64,000 nt of DNA from Phaeosaccion multiseriatum (Eukaryota; Protista; Ochrophyta, other classes). A program made the translations under genes and the position numbers. Below the pieces are notes generated by a model. The model was not told the origin of the DNA. It saw only the letters and a list, made by a program, of their open reading frames with translations, and did no database searches. This document shows positions 11,576 through 23,177 of the stretch, in pieces (position 1 is the first letter of the stretch; each line of letters begins with the position of its first letter). Location: assembly GCA_965112735.1 (NCBI GenBank), contig OZ218954.1:806001-870000 (forward strand), given 5' to 3'.

Positions 11576-13304
11576 ATCGGACCTGTGACAGAAAACATGA
11601 AAACATTCCGTGGAAGCAAGAAGAACATGATGGGTGGGCGCGATGAGCGAGGCAGGAGCGCGATAGGGGCGGTGGACAAGCAATGCAGCACGCAGATGGC
11701 TGTGGGAAGCAAAAGGGCCACACCCAGTTGAAGCTGCCCATGTTAGTAGACAAGCCCAACCCTTGCACGGAACCCACTCCCAACCCAGCGACTCCAGGGC
11801 CGACGACTCCTCGTCCCTCACCTCTACTTGCTTGGCTGCTTTCAAGTTCTTGGGCTGTTGCTTGGCTGCTTCCTGTTCCCTCTGTCTGCTGCGATGGCCC
11901 GCCCCTCGGTCTCTCAGCAGCAACCCTTGCTTTCCTGTACGCCAGAAAGGGAGGAGTAGAGAAAATGATCAGGATTTGTTCCTTGTCGCTCTGCCCAATT
12001 CAACAGTGCTGACAAACGGCCAGCCGGACCTGCCGCACAATCCCGTGAGAGAAGGGCTCTGCTTCATGCCGTACCTGGTTGGTGTCTTCACTCTTCCAAT
12101 GGCCTGCTGCAAACACCACTTGCAAATGACTTCTGCACTTTGGCTTGTGTGTCTCCCAGCAGCACCTTGGCTTCAACCCAGGTGTACTAGCAGCGAGGGT
12201 CATGGGATCCTGGCTCCGAAAAGAAAATGGCGCCAAAAGTTGTTTTCCTAGGGTTATTCAAAAATGGGGGGGTACAATTGTATTCAAATTTTTGAAGGCT
12301 GACCTGAAGCTCGATGCCCCGCTGGTGCTGCTGCGGCCTTGCTCAATCCAGTTGTGACAGTTGCAGCAGCAGCAGCAGCAGCCAATGGTAAGACTCTCGA
12401 GGGGGGTCGAGGGTGCCGGAGGTAGACAGCGAAGACAGGAGTACACGAGAAGATGTGAGAGAGCCTGCTTGAGCATGTGCTTTGCATATGCTCTTCGTCT
12501 TATCAGATGGCACAGCAGGACCAGCCCTCCTCTCGCGGATTGGATGGCCATGCTGCTGTTGGGGCTGGGGGTGGGCGGAGGGGACGGAAGGAGGGAGGGA
12601 GGGGGGGAGGGAGGGGGGGTGGGAGGGAGGGAGGGAGGGAGGGAGGGAGGGAGGGAGGGAGGGAGGGAGGGAGGGAGGGAGGGAGGGAGGGAGGGAGGGA
12701 GGGAGGGAGGGAGGGAGGGAGGGAGGGAGGGAGGGAGTGCCGAGGGAGGGAGGGAGGGAGGGAGGGAGGGAGGGAGGGAGGGTGGGAGGGTGGGAGGGGG
12801 CGGAGGGAGGGAGGGAGGGAGGGAGGGAGGGAAGGAGGGAAGGAGGAGGGAGGGAGAGAGGGAGAGAGGGAGGGAGGGAGGGAGGGAAGGAGGGCGAGAG
12901 AGAGGGAGGGAAGGAGGGAGGGGGAGGGAGGGAGGGAAGGAGGGAGGGAAGGAGGGAGGGAGGGAGGGAGGGAGGGAACGTAGGCGGGAGAGGTGGTGGG
13001 AGAGGCGGCAGTGGACGGGGGCTTGGCATCCTCCAAGTGCCAACACATGATGGAAACGTGCGCAACCAAGCACCCTGTGAACCTCCTGTATGACCAACTG
13101 GCACCCACAAGGAACAACTTCGCATGAATTTTCTTTTTTTCTAACTTCCAGCATGCTGCCCGACGAGTCCGAGTCGTAAACATGAACAAGGGTGTTGCAA
13201 ATTTTCATGGCTTTCCTCGCTTTTCAAGTGCCGCTTTGTACCCTTCGGAAGGTCAGAGCATGCACGCAAAGGAACCACCCCCGCCCCCCCACTCCTGAGA
13301 AAGG

Positions 13305-16300
13305 ATGCTGTGTAGTGGTTGCCGCGTGGGCAAGGCCATCCTCGTGCTCTGTGTACTTCTGCTCGATGCCCCAGCTGCGGCCTTCCTCAATCCAGCTGCA
13401 CCTGCAGCAGCCGCAGCCAGCGGAGGCCGAGGATATGGCCAGAGAAGAGCACTGGCAGGAAGGAGGACGAATGGAGCAGCCCGAGGGCCGGGATCACGTG
13501 CACAGGCGGGAGTAACAGCACCAAGCGCTCTGCAACTCAACCTGCTTGACCCGTCGACGATTGGCGTGCCGCAGCTGGACCTCAGGTGCGTCTGCACAGA
13601 GATGAGCAGTGCTGTCGCTCGGTCGCGATAAATGTTCCTTGAAGTGAGGAGAGATTTAGGAAGCAAGCCGAAGCAGGCGGCAGCGAGCGATGGAGGCTAC
13701 TCATACCACAGGAGGAAACCTCCTCTCCGACGCTGTCTGCTGGGCTGCTGGATGAGGAGGAGCGAGGCAGCGAACGGTGCTGAATGAAAAGGAGAGAAGG
13801 AATGCTCACACATCCATACCTAACCCCCCTCCTCTCCACCCCCTCGCTGAACCCGCCTCATTTTCCTCTACTACTCCTGCCTCCGTCGCTTGTCCTACTA
13901 CTCAGCGATGCGGGAGGGGGGCTCGTCGGTGCCTTGAAAGACACCATGTTCCTTGAGCTTGGTCCGGTATTCGGCGCGGTGTCCAAGCTCTCCGGAGTCG
14001 TGGATATGCTCCCCGAGGGAAGCAACAAGAAGGCCATTGTGGGTGCTTTGGTAGTGATGGGGTCCTTATTCGCCTACAAGTATCTGGAGTAAGTGCTGCT
14101 TTTCAGGCTGTAGTAGGCAGGGAGGGGTGTTGGTGGGGTTGCTTGTTGCGGTGGTGTATAGCGGGGCCAAGGAGGACGAGGAGGAGGATGGGGGGAGGGG
14201 AGGGGGAGGAGGAAGGGCGAGGAGGAGCGAAGGGTGTGGCCCGCAGGCGCTAGGAACAAGGAAGGGATTGGGCGGAGGTGGAGGAGAGTAACTATTGACC
14301 TGCGTAGCGGTACGCACCCCAAGGATACAATAAATCCCCTGTCCTCTTAGCTACCTCTCCCACCCCTCCTCGCCCCATCTCGCCCCCTCCCGCCCTTGCT
14401 TGCACCACTCTCTCTCTCTCTCTCTCTTCAGAATCTACCTCGGTATGCGATGGACGTGGCCGAATGAGGCGGAGATGGTCAAGGAGAACATGCTCGAGGC
14501 GGGTGATGTGGGGGAGGACGTAATGTACGGAGAAATGGTGCAAGCCGTGTACGATCTCTTCGTTACTGACCCGACCAACAAGTGAGTAGGAGGAGAAGAG
14601 GGGAAGGGAGAGAGAAAGGGAGGGAGGGAGGGAGGGAGGGAGAGGAGGGGGGAAGAGAGAGAAGGAGCGGGGGAGGAGAGAGGCCAGTCTGTCTCTCTGT
14701 CCACTTGCTCATATGCATGTCTGCCTGCTCTTGCTTCATCTTCATGATGCATCCCGCCCATGGCGGCTGCTTCTCTGACATGCCGTCCTTCTCTCTCCTC
14801 CTCCTCCTTCTTCTTCTTCTTCTTCTTCTTCTTCTTCTTCTTCTTCTTCTTCTTCTTCTTCTTCTTCTTCTTCTTCTTCTTCTTCTTCTTCTTCTCTCCT
14901 CCCCCCTTCCCCCCTCCCCCGTTGATTGCCCCACTCGCAACAAACAGAAACTACGGGAGCTGTATCCTCGGGAACGGGAAACTGGATGACGATGACAAGG
15001 CCATCAGAGATCTGCTCAAGAAGTTCATACAGGTAGAACGAGGAGAAGGGAGAGGAGGAACAGGATCTGGAGCGAGGAGGAGCGAGGACGGGCGTGTCAG
15101 CTGCCTATCATGAGTAGACCCACCCGTGCATGGCACTACCCGGCCTTGCTTTCCTCTCGCGCAACCGAACAAACTCCTCGCTCCCACCACCTCTCTCCGC
15201 CCATGTCTGCCTCTCTCTCCCTCGCCCCGCCCCCCCCCTCCCTCCCTCCTTCCACCCGTGACTCTCTCTCACCCACTGTCTGTCCTTCTCCTCTGTGTCT
15301 CTCTCTCCCTCCCTTGGCTTCCTCCCTCCCCCCCCCTGCATCCATCACCCCAGTCCAACGTCAAGAGCCTCCCGGAGGACTTTGTCGTTGTCAAAGTGCT
15401 CTACTCCACCGCGAGTCAGTTCTTTGCCGGTGTGGACGATCCCGACCCCGCCAAGTCCACCTTCGCCGGCTTTGTGGGCTACTCAGAGAGCACTAAAGAC
15501 CTGAGCATCATCTTCAGAGGCACGCTCACCCCGGTGGAGTGGCAGGAGGACGCCAAAGTGGGCATGGTAAGTAAGCCCATACGCTTTAAAATCCCCCTTC
15601 CCCCCTATGCCTCTACTGTCCCCTACTCTCCCCCCTTCAACATCTCCCTCCACATGCGGTGCTCTCTCCCTGTCTGTCTGTCTGTCTGTCTGTCCGTCTT
15701 GTCTTGTCTGCTTCTATCTGTCTGTCTGATGTGTGCCGGGTGGATCGCAAAACAGGTCCTCTGGCACAAGCGCAAGGAGAGGGAGCAGAAGTGGGTGTCC
15801 TGGATGCGCTGGCTCTTCCTCATGCCCCTCCTGCCGACCAAGACAGAGCACAAGGGCAAGGAGTGTTACAACATTGGCATCCACAGGTAGGTACATACGG
15901 GAAGCATACGGGAAGACCAAGACGCACGGAGGGAGGGCTCCTCCTCCTCCTCCTCCTCCTCCTCCTCCTCCTCCTCCTCCTCCTCCTACTCCTACTCCTC
16001 CTCCTCCTCCTCCATCTCCTCCTCCTCCTCTAACTCTAACTCTAACTCTAACTCCCTCCCTCCCTCACTCACAGGGGGTTCTGGGGGCTGTACTCACGTG
16101 ATGGGGACGACGATGAGTTTTCAATCATGGGCGAGGACTCCGAGTCCTCATGGACAGGCGATATCGGCAGCCTCCTGGCTGAGGTACGCAGTGGCAGATG
16201 CCCTTGTAGTCGGCAACATCCTGTCACTTAGCCTGCTGTCTGTGATCACACTACATTCATTGATTGCGGACCTGTCTGCTCTCTAACTGCCTTCCTTCCT

Positions 16301-17427
16301 TCCATCGTTCTTTATCCAATGGATGGCACTCCGTGATTTATTGACTTACACACACAGGTATCCGAAGGCGTCCCGGGGCTCAAGAAAGTCGCTCAACCCG
16401 CACAGAACAAGAAGGTGGTGGAGAGCGTTGAGTTAGACACTTCGCTGATGGCCTCCGTTAGGGGTGTTCTCAAGGAGTATCTGGAGGTTGATGGTAGAAA
16501 GGATAACAAGGGTGTGGGTAAGGTAGACACCATCACTGTGAGTGGACACAGTCTAGGATCCGCACTGGCCACCGTCGCCGCCCTTGACGTGGTGCTGCAG
16601 GTCAACAAGCACAAGGAGTACCAAGCGGCGTCGGAGGATGGATCGAAGAAGGAGGTGAAGGAGTGGGCCAAGGCCTCGGATGGAGGACTGGTGAAGGTGC
16701 GCGGGAGGGTATTTTGCAGCCCAACAGCAGGGAGCAAGTCCCTGGGGACAGCTTTCAGGTAAAAATGGTGGAGTGGGGGTGGTGGAATGAAGTGACCCTT
16801 TTCTCTCTCTCTGCTCCTAGGCTTGGCTCTTGACCTGCTAGGCGGACCCGTGCCCTGGCATGCCCCCTGCCGCTGATCGTCTCCCGCCCTCACTCACTCA
16901 TCCAGTCACCCACTCACCCACTCACCCACCCACACACTCACTCACTCAAGCACCCATCCAACCACACAAGACTCATTCACGCACCCACTCACTCACTCGC
17001 CCCTCCATGTGTCCTTGACTCTTCGCTCTCATGTGCTCTCTGGCTGGTGGTCCTTGCTGACCTGCACCTTCGTCATCATCACGTGACCACCCCACAGTGA
17101 CTTGAATGTCGACTTCAGGTGTGTAGAGTAGGATATGTGTTAGCGTAGAGTAGTTATAGCAGAGTATGTGATGGTAACGCTCTCGGGTAGTAGCTCCCGC
17201 ACCAGCCCCCCCACAGTAGTCAGTCATTTCCTGTGACTTCTACTCTATCACCAACTGCTGCTCTTCTAGCCCCTACCACTGTGGCTCACCATTTTTCGCT
17301 TGACTGCCTTCTCCACCTTCTGCCCCACCTCCTCCGCCTCCTCTCCTCGACACAGACATTATTATGAGAGAGGGGATATCGTGCCTACCCCTTTAAACCT
17401 CGTGGCTCCGGTAAGTGGGGCAGACTT

Positions 17428-17479
<52 letters not shown>

Positions 17480-18570
17480 GTCTACTACGTCTTTTACTTC
17501 TACGATGTCTACTACGTCTACTACGTCTGCTCCTTTTCTACCACTACAGTACTACTACCACTGCATCTACTTTCACTCTTTTTCCTTCCTCTCCTGCTCC
17601 TCCTCCTCCTCCTCCTCCTCCTCCTCCTCCTCCTCCTCCTCCTCCTCCTCCCATACTAACGCTACCCCCACCGCCTCCACCCCTCCTCCTTCCCGTCCTG
17701 GCCGCTGCTTGCTTGCTTGTCCTGCGCATTGCTTTTGCCAGAGCTACCGCCACGTAGGCGACGCCTTCCGCCTCGACCCCGTTCCCGTGTTCTGGCCAGG
17801 ATTCTCCGTTTCAGTCAAGTCCCTCCTGGGGCCTTTCTGCGCCTTCCTGGGCCCCCTCGGCAAGAAGGTGAGAACCCGAGTGGTACCGTCCAATGTATTG
17901 TACTGGAACTGAAACTGAAACTGAAACTGAAACTGAACAGGTGGCCGGTAAGGACCGCGCAGACGATGGCTACGTGCTCCACACAGATCTGCTGTACAAG
18001 TTCTGGACCCCCTGGGTCATGCATCCCGACGCCTGGAAGGGGGACATGGAGTTCGCTGGCAACTACCACAATCTAGAAGTGAGTGATGGCTTGGGGGGGA
18101 GGGAGTGAGACTGTCACGCCTGTGTGACCAACTGCTGCTGCTGCTGCTGCTGCTGCTATGTCGCCAACTGCTGCCGCTAATCTGTATCACCAACCACTGC
18201 TACAACTGCTGTACCACCAACCGTTGCAGGTGATGCTCACGAACGTGGCGTATACAGCGGGCCTTGAGAGAGACGCGGGCCTCATCAACAAAGGAGCGGA
18301 CATGCTTCACGAGCACGAGCGCAAGGTGCCAGGTGGGTCATAAGGGTCGATGGCAGCTTATGGCAGCGATTCGTCGCAGACATGTGTATGTGTGGTATGT
18401 ATAATACTTGTCTTACTACTTCCTCTGCCTGTCTATCCGTGTGTCCATCTATTGCAGCGAAATGGTGGAGCCCAATGCTCCATAACGGGGTGAAGTTCGA
18501 CGAGGGCGAGGGCCTGCGAACCACGCTGGCCAGGTCGCTAGACGAAGTGCGACTTCCAGTGGACAAGTGA
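13305..18570 (+). CDS. Class-3 lipase, plant phospholipase A1 (DAD1/PLA1)-like, paralog B; multi-exon, predicted plastid-targeted
   Basis: Exons 13305-13585, 13906-14088, 14432-14581, 14948-15032, ~15354-15566, ~15756-15886, ~16075-16183, ~16358-16758, 17098-17118, ~17356-17410, ~17742-17867, ~17941-18078, ~18229-18331, ~18458-18570. Motifs YGEMVQAVYDLF, FRGTLTPVEW, IHRGFWGLYS, GHSLG, GDIVP, YRHVG, HNLE and RDAGLINK. The signal peptide ends in AAA-FLNP and is followed by an Arg/Ala/Gly-rich transit-like segment. Confidence 0.9.
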
Positions 18571-19189
18571 GCTGTGCCACCAACGGCCCTACCACCAACG
18601 GAGAGTCGAGATACGTGTAGTTAGCTTGCCTTTCTGCAGCTGCTATTGCTGCTCCTCTCCTCCTCCCCCCCCCTCCTTGCTTATTAGAGAGAGGGGAGTG
18701 TTTGTGCCTTTGCCCTAGCTTTTGTTTTTTCTTTTTCTTTTTTTTCTTTTTCATTCTTCTTCGTTTTTTTTGTGTAATTATTATTATCCATCAAAATTTC
18801 AGTGGTGGGCCCTGTGAGTGTGTATTCTGCAGTTCATTCGCAGCTTCTAAGCCATTGTAATCCACTAGCCAGTCGCCAGTTGTGGTGGGGGAATTTGAAT
18901 TTAATTGGTTGGCCCCACTTGAATCCCCACTTTGGATATCGGATTTGATTTTGAATAGAGAGAAAAGAGGTGTAAGGAGGGAGCAGAGTTCCAGGAGGGG
19001 AGCAAGCTTCATGGGGATTGAGGTTAGTAGGTGGACAGCCATGAAGGCTGTTTTGGAGCTCGGCTGTGGCAGGCTTTGGAGGGCAGCCAATGTGCTGGCC
19101 CCAACCGCCAAATTCGCCCCACTTCCACCGCTGCTGACGCGCCGTTCTCCCTCCCCTCCACTCCTCCTTCCAACGCCCTCCCGCTAGTC

Positions 19190-20021
19190 ATGCCACAGCA
19201 CCAAGCAGGGGGGATGATCAAGCCACCTTCGCTGAGACCCTACACTAAGGAGGTGAGCAGGACTGCCGCGCTTCTGCTGCCTCTCAGTCTTGAAGATTGA
19301 TTAGTTCCTCCCTGCTGTGGTGCTTTTTCCTGCTCGGTTGCCCCCCTCTGTACAGGGCGAGGCTCTTCTGGCCGCCATCACGGGGAATGCAGACGCAGAG
19401 CAGGTCCGAAAGTTGGCCAGAGCTTTCGTCGCAGCCGGAGGCTCGACGGGTGCGTTCGTCCCAGCGGAGAGAAGAGGTTTTCTCTGCCTTCAACGCCTCC
19501 GTCTCTGTCCTCCCTCGGATCTTATGGCAAGAAGATTTCGATGATTCGCCCTCCCCGCCCCCCGAAAGGGCGAGCGAGCGCAAGAGGTCCTTCCCCACGT
19601 ACTCACCGAACTCTTGGCTTCTCTTGTCTCTTGTCTCTTCCCCCGGCCCTACAGGAAGAGGACTAGCCGGCATCGAGGCTGGTGTGGGCGCCAACGCTGG
19701 AAGGTTGGGTCATCTGGACGACGTCCTGGTGGGAGCTCCTCCGGGGATGACCGCCCTCTGCGCGGCAGCCACGTCCAAGCGAGAGGGCATCGTCGACGTC
19801 CTCCTGGAGGAGGGCGCGTCCGTGAGCAGGTGGGTATGCATGGGCTCTCTCTCTCCATGTATCTCCCTCTCTCTTTCTCTCTCTCTCCTTCTCTCTTTCT
19901 CTCTCTCCGTCTTATCTCTGCCTGTGTGTGTGTATGTGTGTGATGGGGTGGGTGCGTAGGGCACATGGGAGAGGACGAGGCAGTGTGGTGTGGGGGCTAG
20001 AATCAATTACTGACTCCTGCC

Positions 20022-20052
<31 letters not shown>

Positions 20053-22682
20053 ACACACATACACATCCCCACACCTCCCTGTGTCACCATCAGGTCAGCG
20101 GCTATCGCTCGGCACGGTTACAGAAAGGGCTACTCGGAGTCCCCCCTCGTCTGCGCCGCGGCCATTGGGAGCGCCTCTGTTGTACGTGCTCTCCGCCTCG
20201 CCGGGGCTCCATCCAACGAGCCCTTGTACAGAGCAGACGAGCTGAGTGCCTTGATGATAGCTGCGCTGGCGGGGTATCACAACGTGGTGACTGAGCTGCT
20301 AGGAGGAGGAGGAGGAGGAGGAGGAAGAGGAGGCGCGATCGTCGACGAGACATCACGCATGACGGGCGAAACTCCATTAATGGTAGCCTCGGCGGGTGGG
20401 CACCTTCTCACCGTCAAGGTGTTGCTGAGGCACGGGGCGGATGTGAGCACGAGAGATAATATCAACCGAACGGCGCTGTACATCGCCGCACAAGGAGGGT
20501 ATAGTGAGGTGGTCAAGGCGATCGTGGCTGCAGGTGGGTCTGTGTGCTTGTGTGCGTGACAAGAGTAAGGATGGGGGGGAAGGGACTGTGTAACTGTCAC
20601 GCTGTCTTCGCCGTCTCTCCCTTCCTCGCGGCGGTGCGCATCTGCGTGCTGTCTGGGCGTCTGCTTGTTTTTGTTTTCGTTTCTTACTTACGCTTACTTG
20701 TGTGCGTACTGAGCAGACCCCTCCTCTGTAGAGGCCCTCTGCGAGGAAGACACCCCCCTCTACGCCGCCGCTGACAGGGGACACACCTCTACGGTAAGTT
20801 CCCTCCCTCCCCGCCTTTCTCCCTCCCTCCTCGCACCCGCTCACCCTCCCTCCCTCAACTCACTCTGTCCCTCCCTCCACCCCGCCGTCCCTCCCTCCTC
20901 CCCTCCCTGTCGGTGTAGGTGCGTGAGTTGCTAAAGGTCAGCGGCCCCCACATCGACTTGCCCTGCTTTGAAGGCGCCACGGTGAGTGAGAGCGTACCAG
21001 TCAGGAAAGAGCGAGCGAGAAAGAGAATGAGTACTTTCAGTCCCCTGAAACTGAAACTGGGAGTTGCCCACACCCTCCCCCCCCCCTCCCTCTCTGCTGC
21101 ACTATGCTGCAGGCCTTGTTCATGGCGGCTCAGAACGGACACTTTGAAATCGCGTCATTACTGCTCAAGAGCGGCAAGGTGGGACTGACACTCACTCACT
21201 CATTCACTCATTCACTCACCCACCCACTCCCTCACTCACTTACTGACTCACTCACTAATTCACCCACTCACCCTTCTCTCGCTGACTCCTCAATCAGTCA
21301 CTCACTCACTCATTCACTCACCCACCCAGTCACTCTGTCTCTCTTTGTCTCTCTCTTCCTAAGGTGGACTGTCACAAGACCAGAGGCTACGATGGATGCA
21401 CTTTGCTCTTCGCCGCAGCCATGAACGGCCACGCCGACATCGTACAGCTCCTCCTAAGAGCAGGTGGGTAGCAAGTCAATTCGTGGGTGTGTGCGGGTGG
21501 GTGGATACAGACAGTCGGTGGGTGTGTGTGTGTGTGGGTGGATAGTAGGTCAATGGGTGCGTGTGTGGTTGGGTGAGTAGTGCGGCAATGGGTGGGTGGG
21601 TGGGTGAGTGAGAGAGAATCTTGAATCTTCCGTCAAGTGTTGGCCTTTTGCCTTGTGTTTGCCTCCCCTGAAACACGTTGACTGACCTTCTTCCTTCCCC
21701 CCCCCCCCCCCCTTACCTACCTACCTACCTACCTTACGTACACCCCGCGCCGCAATCAAAATCCCCATTCACAGGCGCCGACATCAACCGCACCAACCCC
21801 GACACCGGTGCCTCTGTTTTAATGGCCGCAGTCCTCGGGGAGAGCAAGGAGGCAGTCACTTACGCACTCGCCGCCGGAGCAGATGTGCAGTGGAGGGACG
21901 ATGACGGTTACACCGCCCTGTTTATGGCTGCGACCATGCAGACAAGCGCGAGGAGGGGGGTCATCTCACAACTCCTCGCAGCGGGGGCAGATGTATCGGT
22001 GGCGGTGGCCGGCCTGAGGAGGGCCGGCATGTCAAGGTACTGAGTGACACGAGAGAGGGAGGGAGACAGGGGGAGGGGAGAGAGGCAGGGAGAGAGAGAG
22101 GGAAGAGAGAGAGAGAGAGAGAAGAGGGAGACACGGGTAGACAGAGAGAAAGGAGGTGGGTGGGTGGATGATGGAAAAGTACTCACTCTCATTATGAATC
22201 ACTGACTTGCTCCGACAGGTGGGCGGATTGGATGTTGCGCGTTGGAGACTCGCTGGAGGGGGATGTGGCCAAGTCCAAGGAGGAGCTCAAGGCAGCAAGA
22301 GGTGAGAAGGAAGGAGGGATGGCAGCTGGTACCAGAGCTGGGGGTAGGAGGAGGAGAAGACGAAGAAGAAGAAGGAGGAGGAGGAGAAGAACAAGAGCAA
22401 AGAACAACAACAACAAGAAGAAGAAGAAGAAGAAGAAGAAGAAGAAGACGAAGAAGAAGAGAAAAAGAAGGCGATGATAGGGAATACGAGCGACTCCTTT
22501 GGGGTTGTGTGTTGTGGTACGGCAGGCTTTCCCTATAACACTACTGATCCACTTTATTATCGATCCTCCTGTCCTCACCCGTTGGTTCTCTCTCTCTTGT
22601 ACATCCTCGCCTTTTGCCATTTGTATGCGCAGCGAGGCGGGAGCGTGAGGAAGAGGAGCCGGCGATGGCACCGGGCGCGTAA
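19190..22682 (+). CDS. Ankyrin repeat protein, multi-exon (start and last exon tentative)
   Basis: Repeated ankyrin consensus across exons: GMTALCAAA, SALMIAALAGYHNVVTELL, GETPLMVASAGGHLLTVKVLLRHGADV, RTALYIAAQGG, ALFMAAQNGHFEIASLLL, GCTLLFAAAMNGHADIVQLLLRAGADIN, GYTALFMAA. Confidence 0.85.
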
Positions 22683-23177
22683 GAGATGAGATTCTCTCCG
22701 TTTGTAAGTTTCAGTTTCAGCTTGAGCTCGAACCGAGCGATCGATCGATTATATCGACATCGACACGCTCCTGGGCGTACGTGATTGCACACGGGATGGA
22801 CCCGTGCCGCAGCAAGCAGGTGCTGCAGTTGGTAATACAGCGGTAAGCAGTTGGTGATATAGCGGACTGGAGAGCCAGCTCGTCGGGAGAGGCCCGCCCG
22901 CTCAAGCTTTTTGGTTGGTAAGAAACTACGTATTTTTATTACAGTAAAAAGCGATTTAAAATTAAGAACAAAGCATTACTTATGATTAACCCGATACACG
23001 ATGAAAGGTCCAGAAGGGACTCATATCTTCGCCGCTGCATGTGAATGCATTGTACACGAACAAGGGGCCGCACAAATGCCTCATCTCTTTCTTTCTCTCT
23101 CTCTCTCACACACACACCCTCCACACCCTCCACGCCCTACTTCCCTCCCTCCATGCCTGCCCATATGCCCGCAACCT

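Noticed and set aside
11576-11923. First 116 codons of the 1023-aa ORF as part of LOX
   Set aside because: It begins at a non-ATG codon and looks non-coding. The ATG at 11575 starts a clear signal peptide and is preceded by a splice-acceptor-like site.
18791-19187. Short ORFs including a VLELGCG methyltransferase-like motif
   Set aside because: The motif is isolated with no downstream methyltransferase elements. The region is more likely promoter or 5' sequence of the ankyrin gene.
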